64,000 bases of DNA from Octopus vulgaris (GCA_951406725.2 OX597830.1:49972001-50036000), one strand, 5' to 3'; counted from the stretch's first letter, positions 25,651 to 37,393 are shown. Notes: generated by a model from the letters alone, not told the origin. Translations and numbers: made by a program.

Positions 25651-26069
25651 GTCATAATGAAAATGGACCTTGTTTGTCCCCTTTATGTTTAGCCCCTTGT
25701 AGGCAATAAAAAATAAATATATTAGAAGACTAAGGTGCCACACAGTAGGACTGAATTTGTAACCACAAAGCCATGCTTGCACTACTAAGAAGAGAATAAG
25801 TATCTCTCCTGGATAGGACAACACTGCTTCTCAGGTAACTTTCCTAGATGAAGTGAGAGAAGTATGTAGAATTGTGTTAGCCATCCTTACCCAAGACTGT
25901 ATGTGCACCTGCGACTGTTAACCCTAATTGGAAAGTTGTTTCATTGCTCTACTCACAATCTAACCATGACCTTCATGTCTTTCTCACCATATTTACAATT
26001 AGGGAGTCATGTTTACATCCGTTTTTAAAGGTGATAGAACAAAACTGCTGTTTGTAACTGAGTGATCCT

Positions 26070-26551
26070 ACTATGTGTGTGTGTATATGTGTGTGTGCTG
26101 TTAGTGTGTCTATATGTGTTTGCACTATTGTGTGTGTGTGCGCACGTACTGTTGTGTGGGTGTATGAGCATGTACAACGTAGTGAGTGTGTGTGTGTTTG
26201 TGTGTGTGCATGCATGTGCTCTCATGATTGTGTGCTGTTAGTGTGTGTATGTGTGTATTGTTGTGTGTGTGTGCACGTACATACTGCAGTGTGTAGTCTG
26301 CCTGTATGTGTACTGTTGTGTGTGTGTGTGTGCGCACGTACTGTTGTAAGGGTGTATGAGCATGTACAACGTAGTGAGTGTGTGTGTGTGCGTGCATGTG
26401 CTCTTATGATTGTGTGCTGTTAGTGTGTGTATGTGTGTATTGTTGTGTGTGTGTGCACGTACACACTGCAGTGTGTAGTCTGCCTGTTTGCACTGTTGTG
26501 TGTGTGTGCGTGCGCACGTACTGTAGTGTGGGTGTATGAGCATGTACAACG

Positions 26552-26597
<46 letters not shown>

Positions 26598-26612
26598 GTG
26601 TGTGTGTGTGTG
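26070..26612. repeat. (TG)-rich tandem repeat, 3 units of about 180-192 bp
   Basis: gtacaacgtag at 26172, 26364, 26544. Confidence 0.88.
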
Positions 26613-27094
26613 CAGTGTAAAATTGCCACATAACCGTTACACTTTCATGGGAGATAACTCTGTAAACAGAACTAATTCATTCACCAAAACAATCGCTGAA
26701 ACACGTCCTTAGTTGTTGGTTTTGATTCAACAGAGCCTTGAAAGTGGTATCCCAGCATGGCCACAGTCTGTAATAACTGACACCATTAAAATACTACAAG
26801 AGTGATTCCCTGGCTTGTCTGCCAGAAGCATTTCACCATTTTAGGTTCTGAGACTGAAAACTATGAACAACCAAATGGAATGTCTTTCTTTGACAGTTGC
26901 AAGTAGGAGTAAGGTAGTGATAAGAGGGGTGGGGACAAAACATGTGTAGTTAGAGGATACAGTGGGATACTGTTCGGTGGAAGAAGGATTTGTCAGTGTT
27001 TAATATAGGATCTGCATGATTCTGCTCAGATGCCTTTATGTGTGTGTGTGGCGGGGAGGGGTCGGTATGGCATTGGAATACATTAAGAACTCAC

Positions 27095-27230
27095 CTTGCC
27101 ATTGGCTCGGTTCACTTTCAGTACCATATCGGCAAAGATTAAGTTCTGGTCATTCGTATGGTCGTACATCTTCTTCCATTTCATATGACTGCGGAGGTTT
27201 AAGTAGTCCCCTTTAAAGGGGTGCGGCACA
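27095..27230 (-). CDS. MYO1B: Myosin I exon (136 nt): (S)VPHPFKGDYL...FADMVLKVNRANGK (TH1/PH beta1)
   Basis: attag acceptor, gtgagt donor; FxGDYL and KVNRANGK. Confidence 0.94.
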
Positions 27231-27244
27231 CTAATAATAATAAT

Positions 27245-27617
27245 GATAATAATAATTAATTCGTTTATTGGCCACAAGGGCTAACAAAAATCAAATAGAA
27301 CATGTAAGGACAAAATACAGGACGAAAGTTACAAAAAGGGTTTTGTCCGTTTGAAAAGTCCGTGTAAAAATGCAAGATAACAACAAAAATATAACAAGTA
27401 AAAACTCCCAATAGGGGGAGGCGCTTCGAAAGGTTACTCGTGGGAAAAACCCATAAAAGCCACAGGTGCCTGGTCAAAAAGGGGGTAGAGAGCCCTTTTA
27501 TATTATCTTTTTTTCTTACAGGTGTATCCTCAGAATTGGTCCATTCATACTGGCCATTCTTCTGACATTCACCTACCTTTCAATAAATTTGCTACGAGAC
27601 AGCACTTCCCTCTCGAT
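27245..27617 (-). mobile_element. 5'-truncated LINE 3' end (L1/Tx1-like) inserted at a splice acceptor
   Basis: Degenerate ORF end IEREVLSRSKFIER*VNV, T-rich UTR, AATAAA then (ATT)n; flanking direct repeat actaataat. Confidence 0.6.
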
Positions 27618-27654
27618 ACTAATAATGATAAGGATGATGATGATGATGCTGATA

Positions 27655-28365
27655 ATGCTGATTTCAAATTTTGGCCTAAAGCCTGCAAATTCGGGGATGG
27701 GGGAGAGTAAGTTGATTACATTGCTCAACTGGTACTTATTTTATCAACCCCAAAGGATGAAACAAAAATTTGACAACCCCCCCACCCCACCCAGCAGAAT
27801 TTGAACTCTGAATGTAAAGATGGACAAGATGGACAAGAAATGCCACTAAACATTTTGCTGGCATGCTAATGATTATGCCAGCTGACCACCACAATAATAA
27901 TAATAATAAGTCTTTTCTCCTAAAGGCACAAGGCCTGAAATTTGGGGAGAAGGGGACTAGTCGATTACATTGACCCCTGTTCCACTTGTACTTAATTTAT
28001 TGACCCCCAAAAAGGATGAAAGGCAAAGTTGACCTCAGTGGAATTTGAACTCAGAATGTAAAGATGGACGAGATGCCACTAAACAGTTTGCCCAGCATAC
28101 TAGTGATTCTGCCAGCTTGCCACCAAAATAATAATAATAACAACAACAATAGTAATAATAATAATGATGATGATGATGGCTTCAAATTTTGGCACAGGGC
28201 CAGCAGTTTTTTAGGGGGAGGGAAAGTTGATTAGATTAAGCTCAATACTTGACTGGTCCTTAATTTAATTGACTCTGAATGAAAGGCAAATTCAACATTG
28301 GCAGAATTTTAGTTCAAAATATAAAGGTCAATGAAACGCTAACTGATCTGCCAGCTCACCACCTG
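27655..28365 (-). mobile_element. Three tandem SINE family D copies
   Basis: Three repeats of the tggtactta...aaaggatgaaaggcaaagttgacc...gaatttgaactc...ctgccagct pattern, separated by (AAT)n/(GAT)n. Confidence 0.85.
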
Positions 28366-28401
28366 AAGTCACTGTCAACATCATTCTTGTAGATATATAT
28401 A

Positions 28402-29430
28402 TCATCATCATCATTGTTTAACGTCTGTTTTCCATGCTAGCATGGGTTGGACGGTTCGACCGGGGTCTGGGCAGCCAGGAGGCTGCCCCAGGCTCCAGTC
28501 TGATCTGGGAGTGTGTCTACAGCTGGATACCCTTCCTAACACCAACCACTCCATAAGTGTGGTGGGTGCTTTTTACGTGCCACCGGCACAGGGGCCAGAG
28601 GTGACTGGCAAACGGCCACGCTAGGTTGGTGCTTTTACGTGTCACCTACACGGAAGCCACTCAAGGCGACGTTGGCAACGGTCACGTACGGATGGTGCTT
28701 TTTATGTGCCACCGGTACAGGTGTCAGGTTAGACTGGCAACGGCCAAGAACAGATGGTGCCTTTTACGTGCCACTGGCACGGAAGCCAGTCAAGGCTGCG
28801 CTGGCATCGGCCATGTACAGATGGTGCTTTTTATGTGCCAGGGGAGGCTGGCAACAGCCACGATCGGTTGGTGCTTTTTACGTGCCACCGGCATGAAAGC
28901 CAGTCAAGGCGGCGCTGGCATCGGCCACATATGGATGGTGCATTTTACATGCCACAGGCATGTAACCAGGTATCGTAACCACAATTTCCATTTGATTTCT
29001 GATGCTGACGTACTTGACTCAATAGGTCTCCTCAAGCACAGCAGGTTGCCCTACGATCCAAGGCACTTTGGAAAGGCTGGGGCTTCTACGTGAAGCTGGT
29101 GCAGGAAACAGCCATGAACTCACATTATTTGTCAGGTCTTCGCAGTCACAGCATATCTCCAGAGATCTCGGTCTTCTGTCATTGCCTCTGTGAGACCCAA
29201 CGTTCGAAGGTCATGCTTGACCACCTCATCCCATGTCTTCCTGGGTCTACCTCTACCCTGGATTCCTTCAACTGTTTGGGAGTGGCACTTCTTCACACAT
29301 CTCTCCTCATCCATCCGTAGTACATGACCATACCAGCGCAAATGTCTCTCTTGCACACCACATCCAATGCTTTTTATGTCCAGCATTTCCCTCAGGGCAC
29401 TTACACTCTGCTGTGAATGCACATCTTCAT
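28402..29430 (-). mobile_element. RTE-clade LINE, 5'-truncated: ORF C-terminus plus 3' UTR with internal tandem repeats and (GAT)n tail
   Basis: RHLRWYGHVLRM...GRGRPRKTW...DRDLWR (29132-29422). Confidence 0.92.
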
Positions 29431-29795
29431 CATCTTTATTATTGTTCTCTTTGTCCTTCTTACATGTGCCAGAGAGAATTCATTGAGGCAGATTTTTCTG
29501 TGGTTGCATGCCCTTCCTGTTGTCAACTCTCATGGGGTAATATTTTCTCTGTGGCCATGTTTTCCATGAAAGCCTAGAAAAGTACAACATCACACTTACA
29601 AAGGGGATGCTCCTTTAAAACAATCACATGATATCAAGACACTTAAATACATGCATACATACAAATATGGCAGGTTTCTTTCAGTTTCCATCTACCAAAT
29701 CCACTGAAATGGAAACTGAAAGAAGACCATCATGTATAACAACCAGAGACACACATAGTGAGAAGGGAGACCCTGAAGAATGCAACAACACTTAC

Positions 29796-29902
29796 CTTGG
29801 TGGGTAAGTGACCTTTCTGCCTTTAAATATGTCACCTGCAATAACTTTTTCTTTCATTTTATTCTGGGTCATCACGTCTAATTTTTCTCGATATTTTCGA
29901 CA
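29796..29902 (-). CDS. MYO1B: Myosin I exon (107 nt): CRKYREKL...IFKGRKVTYPP (start of TH1)
   Basis: tttcag acceptor, gtaagt donor; phase 0 to 2. Confidence 0.93.
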
Positions 29903-29996
29903 CTGAAACATAAAAAGCATCACAATTAAACCCCTGCATCAGTAAATAGTCGGGAGGTGGTGACTTGGACCACAGTACATTACTGATATCTACTAT

Positions 29997-30548
29997 GGGA
30001 CCATATGCAACAGTGGATCATGGACTGGTAACTCAAGCTGGCTGTGGACAAATGTACCACCATGCATTTTCGGAGGAAAAACCCAGCGTCTACTTACTCC
30101 CTCCACAACACTAATCTCAAAAAGTCTTCATGTGAACGTGACCTGGGCATTATTGTTGACAGCGATTTGCATTGGACAAAACACATTGCTAAAGTTGCCA
30201 AGAAGGCTGAGAGTGTCTTGGCATCACTTACCAAGTCCTTTGTGAGCCACTCTCCGGCTGTCTATCTGAGGCTTTATATAGCTATGGTGCAGCCTCACCC
30301 GGAATTTGCATCACCAGTCTGGAACCCCTATCTTGCCCAGAATATTAATCGTCTGGAAACCGTTCAGCGATGTGCAACCAAGAGAATACTCTCCATCAGG
30401 CATTTGCCATATTCTGAATGCCTTACTTCCCTGGACATGGATACATTGAAACTCTGACGTCTGGCAGCTGACTTTGGCAGACACCCATAAAATTATTAAC
30501 CATCTTACAAACAATAACTCTGAGCACCTTTTCAAACTCCAACTGTCT
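29997..30548 (+). mobile_element. CR1/L2-group LINE ORF2 fragment
   Basis: KC..MH...ERDLGIIVD..L.W..HI...LY...V.P..E.AS.VWNP...I..LE.VQR.ATK; stop-containing. Confidence 0.88.
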
Positions 30549-30967
30549 TATTATAATAAAGCAGATTTGTTGACTATGTGATGAATTGTATATAAATTTA
30601 GTGACTTGGTCAGTGGAGGGGACACCATAAAAGGCTTCTGGTTCCAATCGGTGTAATTTGGTTTAGAGAGGGAACAGCCCTTAAGAGGAATGCAGCCTCA
30701 CCAGTGCTGGTAGTATGATAAAAGCATCCAGTAGACACTGTAAAATGGTTGGAAGCAAAGTTTGAAGGGAATAGCAGTCATTTCCTTTGATTTCTTGATA
30801 GAAGCAAATAGGAAGTAACGCTTACTGACCATAGGGAAAAATAAAAAAAAGTTTGATCAAGTCCCTGCTACAAACTATTTTTTGTTTACTTGTTTGTGTG
30901 TTTTCAGGAACTGCTTCTTGTTAATCCTAAAAACAAACATAAAACCATGAATTTTTATAACACACAC

Positions 30968-31099
30968 CCGCCATCGATGAAAGATCTTCCTCAATTCTTC
31001 TGAAACTGGTTTAAACATGTTTGAACATTTCGGCCATTCTTCTGATATTGGTGACATTGATGGTAAACGGCCTCGCAGAGTGAGCAGGAATTTTTTCCT
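30968..31099 (-). CDS. MYO1B: Myosin I exon (132 nt): RKKFLLTLRGRLPSMSPISEEWP...IFHRWR
   Basis: ttccag acceptor, gtgtgt donor; LPSxSPxxxxWP typical of MYO1A/B post-IQ region. Confidence 0.92.
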
Positions 31100-31944
31100 C
31101 TGGAAGGATTCAAGAAGGAAAAGGAAACATGAGCAAAAATATTTCTATATTTTTAAACTGAATATCAAGTCACAGGAGACAATGTCTTTAGATTCTTCAA
31201 AACTTCTTTTAACCACCGTTAGGCACTTCAGAATGAAAAAGAAAAGTATTACAATGCTGAAGACTGTGTCTTTGGATTTACTTTCTGTTATATGTCAAAA
31301 AATAATATCAATCAATGTAAACCTCTAGTTCATAATGCATTTATAGAGTGTCCTTAAGTAGAGGCTACAACTTGTTGGTCAGCCTCAGATCAGCCTTAAC
31401 TGAGCTGACCTATGGTCAAGTATTCCAGTAATGACCCCTAATCCCAGTCTTTTTCTAAAGAACAATACTCCTAGTATCACCCTTAGATTGTGATTTGAGG
31501 GAAATTGTACTGTTATTTCCGGTAAGTCAGGGGATAAGATAGTCACCCTACCGAAACACCATCTTCTGAAGGGGTGGCCACACCAACTCCATCAAAATGG
31601 TTATCAGGCTATAGAAGCTCTGTCTTTGAGATGTAGTCTGAATAAATGGTTCATAAATGGACCCCCAGCTTGTTGTTCATGGGTTCTAATCTACTTCAGA
31701 TGAATCATTCTTTCAAGCAGAATGTTAGTTAGTACCATCATATGGGGAAGTTAGATGAGATGAACTGGGATCCAATCCAGTGGCAATATAACTCTCATTT
31801 CAGTCCATAAAACTGAAGCTTAGTCATCAAATATGTAAGACCTTCAACATATTACTGGAGTTAATCCGCTATGGCTAGGATTAAGGGCCAGGTAGTTGAA
31901 GGTTAACGATCAACTGGTAAACTTACTACTTGTTCTTATGACAG

Positions 31945-32185
31945 CGTTCACCCAGGGCGGGTTGAGCCGGCTTCTTCTCTGGTCTTAACGGCATCACGAA
32001 CCATGGAGGCCCATGCTTGATGGTCCTGTGCGAGGTCACTGGAGATAGCGAGCCATTTGCAGTTCCATCTGCTCAGACTGACCACCTGCAGATATGAGAG
32101 TTCGGAGAGGTCCTCCTTTATCGTCGTTGCCGAGGTCTTCAGCTGCCTGCCCATGCGTTTGCTCCAGTTGGGAAGTGGTAAAAGT
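31945..32185 (-). mobile_element. RTE-clade LINE 3' fragment (second family)
   Basis: W.KR.G.Q.KT...TIKEDL...DLAQD..AW...VRD. Confidence 0.72.
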
Positions 32186-32450
32186 AATTAAACAAGTCAT
32201 GTAAGCAGCACCATTGGTTCATTACACAATCCATCATGCTGCAGTCCCATGACTTTACTGTATCCTTGGCATTAATAGCATTAACTAATTTAGGGACAAC
32301 ATTAGATAAGTGTATAGGATAACATTAGATATACATCTGGGATAACTTTAGATATATATCTAATATAACATTAGAAAATGGCATTGTAAAGAGTGTTTCA
32401 AATTCACTGAAAATTTTCCAAACTGCTTCAAATCTAAATCTGAGATGGAA

Positions 32451-32872
32451 ATCATCCTCATCATCGTTTAATGTCCATTTTCCATGCTAGCACGGGTTGG
32501 ACGGTTCGACAGGGGTCTGGGAAGCTAGGAGGCTGCACCAGGCTCCAGTCTGATCTGACAGTGTTTCTACAGCTGGGTACCATTCCTAACACCAACCACT
32601 CCATGAGTGTAGTGGGTGCTTTTTACGTGACAGCGGCCACGATCGGTTGTTGCTTTTTACGTGCCACCGGCACTGGTGCCAGGGGAGGCTGGCAGGGGCC
32701 ACGATCGGTTGGTGCTTTTTACGTGCCACTGGCACTGGTGCCAGGGGAGGCTGGCAGGGGCCACGATCAGTTGGTGCTTTTTATGTGCCACCGGCACTGG
32801 TGCCAGGGGAGGCTGGCAGGGGCCACGATCGGTTGGTGCTTTTTACGTGTCACCGGCACAGAAGCCAGTTAA
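32451..32872 (-). mobile_element. RTE 3'-UTR fragment with 62-bp tandem array
   Basis: ggccacgatc at 32635, 32697, 32759, 32821. Confidence 0.88.
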
Positions 32873-32995
32873 GGTGGCTTTTTTTTAAAAAAAAGATTAA
32901 ATACTTCAAGTAAAACATGTTACCAAAGAAGGAAACGAATGTAAATTATGGAAAACAAAAATAAACTACCAAACCAATTCTCAGGTTCTACTTAC

Positions 32996-33157
32996 TAAAG
33001 CCACTTGAAAGAAAAGAATTATTTTTGGACCAGCAATAGCTTTGAATTTATTTCTATATTCACGTCGAACTTTCCATCCTTTGTAGAACTTCCGTATTAC
33101 AGCGACGGCCCAAAGTACACGCTTGTGATGTCTGAGTTGCATTAAAAGTAGTCTCGC
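32996..33157 (-). CDS. MYO1B: Myosin I exon (162 nt): ARLLLMQLRHHKRVLWAVAVIRKFYKGWKVRREYR...FFQVAL (IQ4-like, post-IQ)
   Basis: tgttag acceptor, gtaagt donor; phase 0/0. Confidence 0.92.
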
Positions 33158-33572
33158 CTAACAAGAGAAAGAAAAAAAAAAAACTCTGTAATTAGGGAAA
33201 GCAAGACCTCTCTAATTAGTGAAAGCAGTAATTCTGCAATTAAGTAATTAGTGAGCTTATTGAATAAAAAGTAAAAATTGATGGGAGGAGGGGTTAAAAG
33301 TGGGAGAGATAAAGAGAGATTATTATACAGCACCTTATCATCTGTGTTTAACCCATTTGTTACCATATTCCTATTGAAGTTCACTGCCTTCATTTCAATT
33401 AAATTTCAAAACAATGGAGAATTTAATAAAATAACTTTGTTCTTATTAATTTGATGTTTGAAATATAAATTAATAAAATATCTTGAAGGATGGTCATGGT
33501 TTAGATAAAACAGCAAGTTTGTCCTTTAGGATTAAGTTGTATGTTCTTCAGTCAAACAGTAAACTTTCACTA

Positions 33573-33953
33573 TTAGACTGCAGTCATGCTGGGACACGAC
33601 TTTGAGAATATTAGTCAATCTAGTCAACCCTAGTACTTATTTTCATTTTTAAACCTAGCACTTATTCTATTAGTCTCTTTTGCCAAACTGCTAAGTTACA
33701 GGAATGTAAACACACCAGCACTGGTTGTCAAGTGATGATGGAGGGGGACAAAGACACACACACGCATATATGCACACACACAACACACACAACAGGTTTC
33801 TTTTAGTTTTCATCTATTAAATCCAATCACAAAGCTTTGGTTCGCCCAAAGCAATAATAGAAGACACTTGCCTGAAGTGCCACACAGTGGGAGTGAACCT
33901 GGAACCATGTGGTTGGGAAGCAAACTTCTTACCACACAGCCATGCCTGCACCT
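33573..33953 (-). mobile_element. SINE family A, diverged
   Basis: Reverse complement of 12946 copy. Confidence 0.82.
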
Positions 33954-34492
33954 AAGGGAGAATAATTAAAAAATACACCTCACAGCAAAAGCATTGGCCC
34001 TGTAGAAGAAAATCTAACTGGTGATTTTTCTTCATCACATCATTTAGTGTCTATTTTCAATGCTGGCATTAGTTGGATGGTTAAAGAGGAAACCATGAGT
34101 CAGAGGGCTGCATGAAACTCCAGTGTCAGTTCTGGGTTGGTTTCTACAGCGGGATGCTCTTTCCTAAGGCCAACCACTTTACAAAGTGCACTGGTACTTT
34201 TTACAGGGAACTAGCACTAATGAGGTTGCCAATTAATTCAAAAGACAAGAACCCCTCAACTAAGGTGATAGGGGGAGTACTATTGAGGGAGGTGGCTTTG
34301 TGCCTGATGATAGGAGCGTAAAATATGATAGAGAGAAAGGAACATGTGCCTTGCTGAAGAGAGGCTAACAAGGCTGAAACAAGTCCGTGTTTTTATATTA
34401 AAAATTACACCACGAAAGTTCACTGTTGAACATTTTGAAGAAATAATTCGATAAGTAAAATTGTAATGTTAGAAACAAGAGGGTGTGGTTAC

Positions 34493-34561
34493 CTTATAGC
34501 CTCGGAAATACGACTGAATGATTATGGTAGCAGTCCTTATCAGCTGATAGCATTTCTGTGC
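34493..34561 (-). CDS. MYO1B: Myosin I exon (69 nt): AQKCYQLIRTATIIIQSYFRGYK (IQ3)
   Basis: ctccag acceptor, gtaacc donor; IQSYFRG motif; phase 0/0. Confidence 0.92.
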
Positions 34562-34783
34562 CTGGAGAAAAAAAAGAAAAATAGAGATGAAGAGAATCTA
34601 TCAAAGTATTGCAGGGAAATAATGACATCTATTGCAATGTTGTGTGCGTTGTGTGTAAAAGATAGAGTATGGATTGGCCAAGAGAGAGTGAGACAGACAG
34701 GTAGAGTCAAATACAGAGAAACAGACACAGACAGTGAGTCACACAGAATGATTGAAAAAATGTTCCCTCTCTCTCTTTCTTAA

Positions 34784-34815
<32 letters not shown>

Positions 34816-35232
34816 TTGAGGGAATATGATTCCTAACTTACAGGGAAAAATTCAATTTAGAAATACTAAATAAAATTTCAGAAAATATAATATACATATA
34901 TATATATATACATATATAAATTAGAAAAAAACCCACCTTTTATCAATTCAAAATGAACAATTAAATTACACCATCTAGAAAATTACATATAATAGAAATA
35001 TTAAATAACAATAATATACCGATGATTAAGTAATGTGCAAAATAATAAATAAAACAAATAAATATATTTGGTATATATACCAAATATATCCGTTTTATCT
35101 ATTATTTTTTTGCAATTTACTTAATCATCGGTATATTATTGTTATTTTATATTTAATATTTTTATTATATGTAATTTTCTAGATGGTGTAATTTAATTGT
35201 TCATTTTGAATTGAGAGAAGGTGTTTTTTTTC
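34816..35232. repeat. Interspersed repeat with inverted duplication (~150-bp arms, centre 35075)
   Basis: Centre atatatttggtatatataccaaatatat; arms 34924-35075 / 35076-35232. Confidence 0.88.
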
Positions 35233-35294
35233 TCGAGAGAGGCGAGGGGGAAGAGAGACAGAGAAGCAGACATATGAACCCAAAGCATACTTAC

Positions 35295-35444
35295 CCAGTA
35301 CCCACGAAATCTACACGAAATTATGATTTGACTGTATTTCATTTTCTGGTACAAGGACCACTGCTGCCAGCCTCTCCACACTTTCTGTATTGACATGGCT
35401 AAATAATGCATTTGACCGCGACGTCTCTCTTCCATTTCAAATAA
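35295..35444 (-). CDS. MYO1B: Myosin I exon (150 nt): LFEMEERRR...IQKVWRGW...IISCRFRGYW (IQ1, IQ2)
   Basis: ttgtag acceptor, gtaagt donor; IQxxxRG motifs. Confidence 0.95.
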
Positions 35445-35569
35445 CTACAAAACAGAAAGAACACGAAATGTTTAAGATTTTAACATAAATGGTTCTATTA
35501 GCCATTAGAAGAACCGATTTGGGTCTGGAAACTATCAATGAGACCTGAGCAATAATATATGCAATGTTT

Positions 35570-35957
35570 GTGTGGTAAGTAGCTTGTTTACCAGCCACAT
35601 GGTTCCGGGTTCAGTCCCACTGCGTGGCACCTTGGTCTTCTACTATAGCTTCGGGCCGACCAAAGCCTTGTGAGTGGATTTGGTAGACGGAAACTGAAAG
35701 AAGCCCGTCGTATATATGTGTATATATATATATGCGTGTGTGTGTTTGTGTGTCTGTGTTTGTCCCCCTAGCATTGCTTGACAACCGATGGTGGTGTGTT
35801 TATGTCCCCTTTACTTAGCGGTTCGGCAAAAGAGACCGATAGAATAAGTACTGGACGTACAAAAGAATAAGTCCCGGGGTCGAGTTGCTCGATTAAAGGC
35901 GGTGCTCCAGCATGGCCGCAGTCAAATGACTGAAACAAGTAAAAGAGTAAAAGAGTA
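35570..35957 (+). mobile_element. SINE family A, young copy
   Basis: Very similar to 12946-13340. Confidence 0.9.
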
Positions 35958-36422
35958 AACAGACTTAATCTTTTCTCTCAGAATTGTTAATGATGTCACA
36001 TTAGATTTGATCTTAAAATAACAACAATTTCAGATTTGAGTTTAATTTCGTATCAGTGAGACATCTAAAACAAAGGCTGAATTGTTTTCATTGACACATC
36101 ATCATCATCATTACTATTGTTAAATAGATAAGTGGAATAATAAAGAAAAGACTATAATTATTTTCTCAAAGAAATTTCCTTAGAAAGTGGAATTGGGGGC
36201 AACAAAAAAAAGTTTGATTGTAAGGGAGATAACTCTAATTTTATTTCGACAATATAAATTTATTATAGGTTATCTCCCATGATGACAGCATTAAGCGTCA
36301 ACCAGAGAACTTCTTGTGGGTCATTCGACCCGTCAGGAATAGCAGAGAAATCCCACTCAAACAAAATTCAACCATCTTAAAAGGGGACATTGGCTAAACT
36401 TGTCGTAGTTACTTTGATACTA

Positions 36423-37393
36423 CAGGGTGTTCAAAAAGTCTATCCGCAGTAAGTATTTTATTGCAAAACAAATATTTATAAGATGGTGTAAGACTACAAA
36501 AGAATACATTAGACGGTACTACTTGAGAACAGTGGTCCCGGTGCGCGCACTCGCATAGTCGCGCATTCGCGCTAGTTAGTCGTGACTAGTCGATCCTACG
36601 ACGACTACCTATCAAAGTAAATAAAACACAAAATAAATAATTTTTTAAAAACAAAGTAAATAATTTTTTAAAAACAAAGTAAATAATTTTTGTTAAACAA
36701 AGTAAATGAAACACAAAAACACAAAGTAAATAATTTTTTAAACAAAGTAAATAACACATAAAAGCACAAAGTAAGGATCAACTAGTCATGACTAGCTAGC
36801 GCGGATGCACGACTACGCGAGTGCGCGCAGCGGGACCACTGTTCTCAAGTAGTACCGTATTAGACTTAACCAGATTTTAAAAAACTTTATAAGAGATGTT
36901 GAAAGTGTCGTCTTTCATTTTCAATACATAAAATTTAATTTCTTTTTTACTGCCGTGTGAGCACTTCCTGGGTTGATTTCCGTTTACTGTGACAATTTGC
37001 ATAAGGACTTTGACCGGCTTGCCAACAGTTTGTCAGAAACATTGGAGAGTGTTTCGTCTGAAAGAACAGTAGGCCTATCGCTTCTTGTTGCGTCTTCCAC
37101 TGAGCCTGTGTTTCTAAATTTTCTTATCAAACCCCACACAGTGCCATAAATGTGGAACAACAGTATTTGGAAAAGTTTCACTGAACTCGTGTTTCACAGT
37201 ATCTGTGCATTTGTTTCCAGCCTGAAACACCCATTCAACTAAAAACCTACGTTCTTCAATGGTTAGCATGTCGACACGCTGAAGGGTGCACAATGACTGA
37301 GGGACAATGGTTGACACTCGGCCACCCACGCAGGGATAGCCAAGTTGCGCAGGTGCAGGATCAAAAAAATTCACTGCGAAGAGACTTTTTAAA
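36423..37393 (-). mobile_element. Internally deleted Tc1/mariner relic (N-terminal HTH retained)
   Basis: TA|CAGGGTGTTCAAAAAGTCTATCCGCAGT and partial inverted copy ACTGCGAAGAGACTTTTTAAA; MLTIEERRFLVE...F...FP and LIRKFRNTGSVED..RS.RP. Confidence 0.8.
36515..36856. mobile_element. MITE with ~85-bp TIRs nested in the Tc1 relic (Merlin-like?)
   Basis: GGTACTACTTGAGAACAGTGGTCCCG... / ...CGGGACCACTGTTCTCAAGTAGTACC; flanking attagac on both sides; internal acaaagtaaataa repeats. Confidence 0.8.

Noticed and set aside
28626-29093. 155-aa repetitive ORF (also 32471-32872, 60000-60498)
   Set aside because: Antisense translation of the RTE 3'-UTR tandem array.
34345-34392. CTGAAGA...GAAA...GTC hammerhead-like string (also near 21033)
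   Set aside because: No stem I or stem II pairing; expected by chance.
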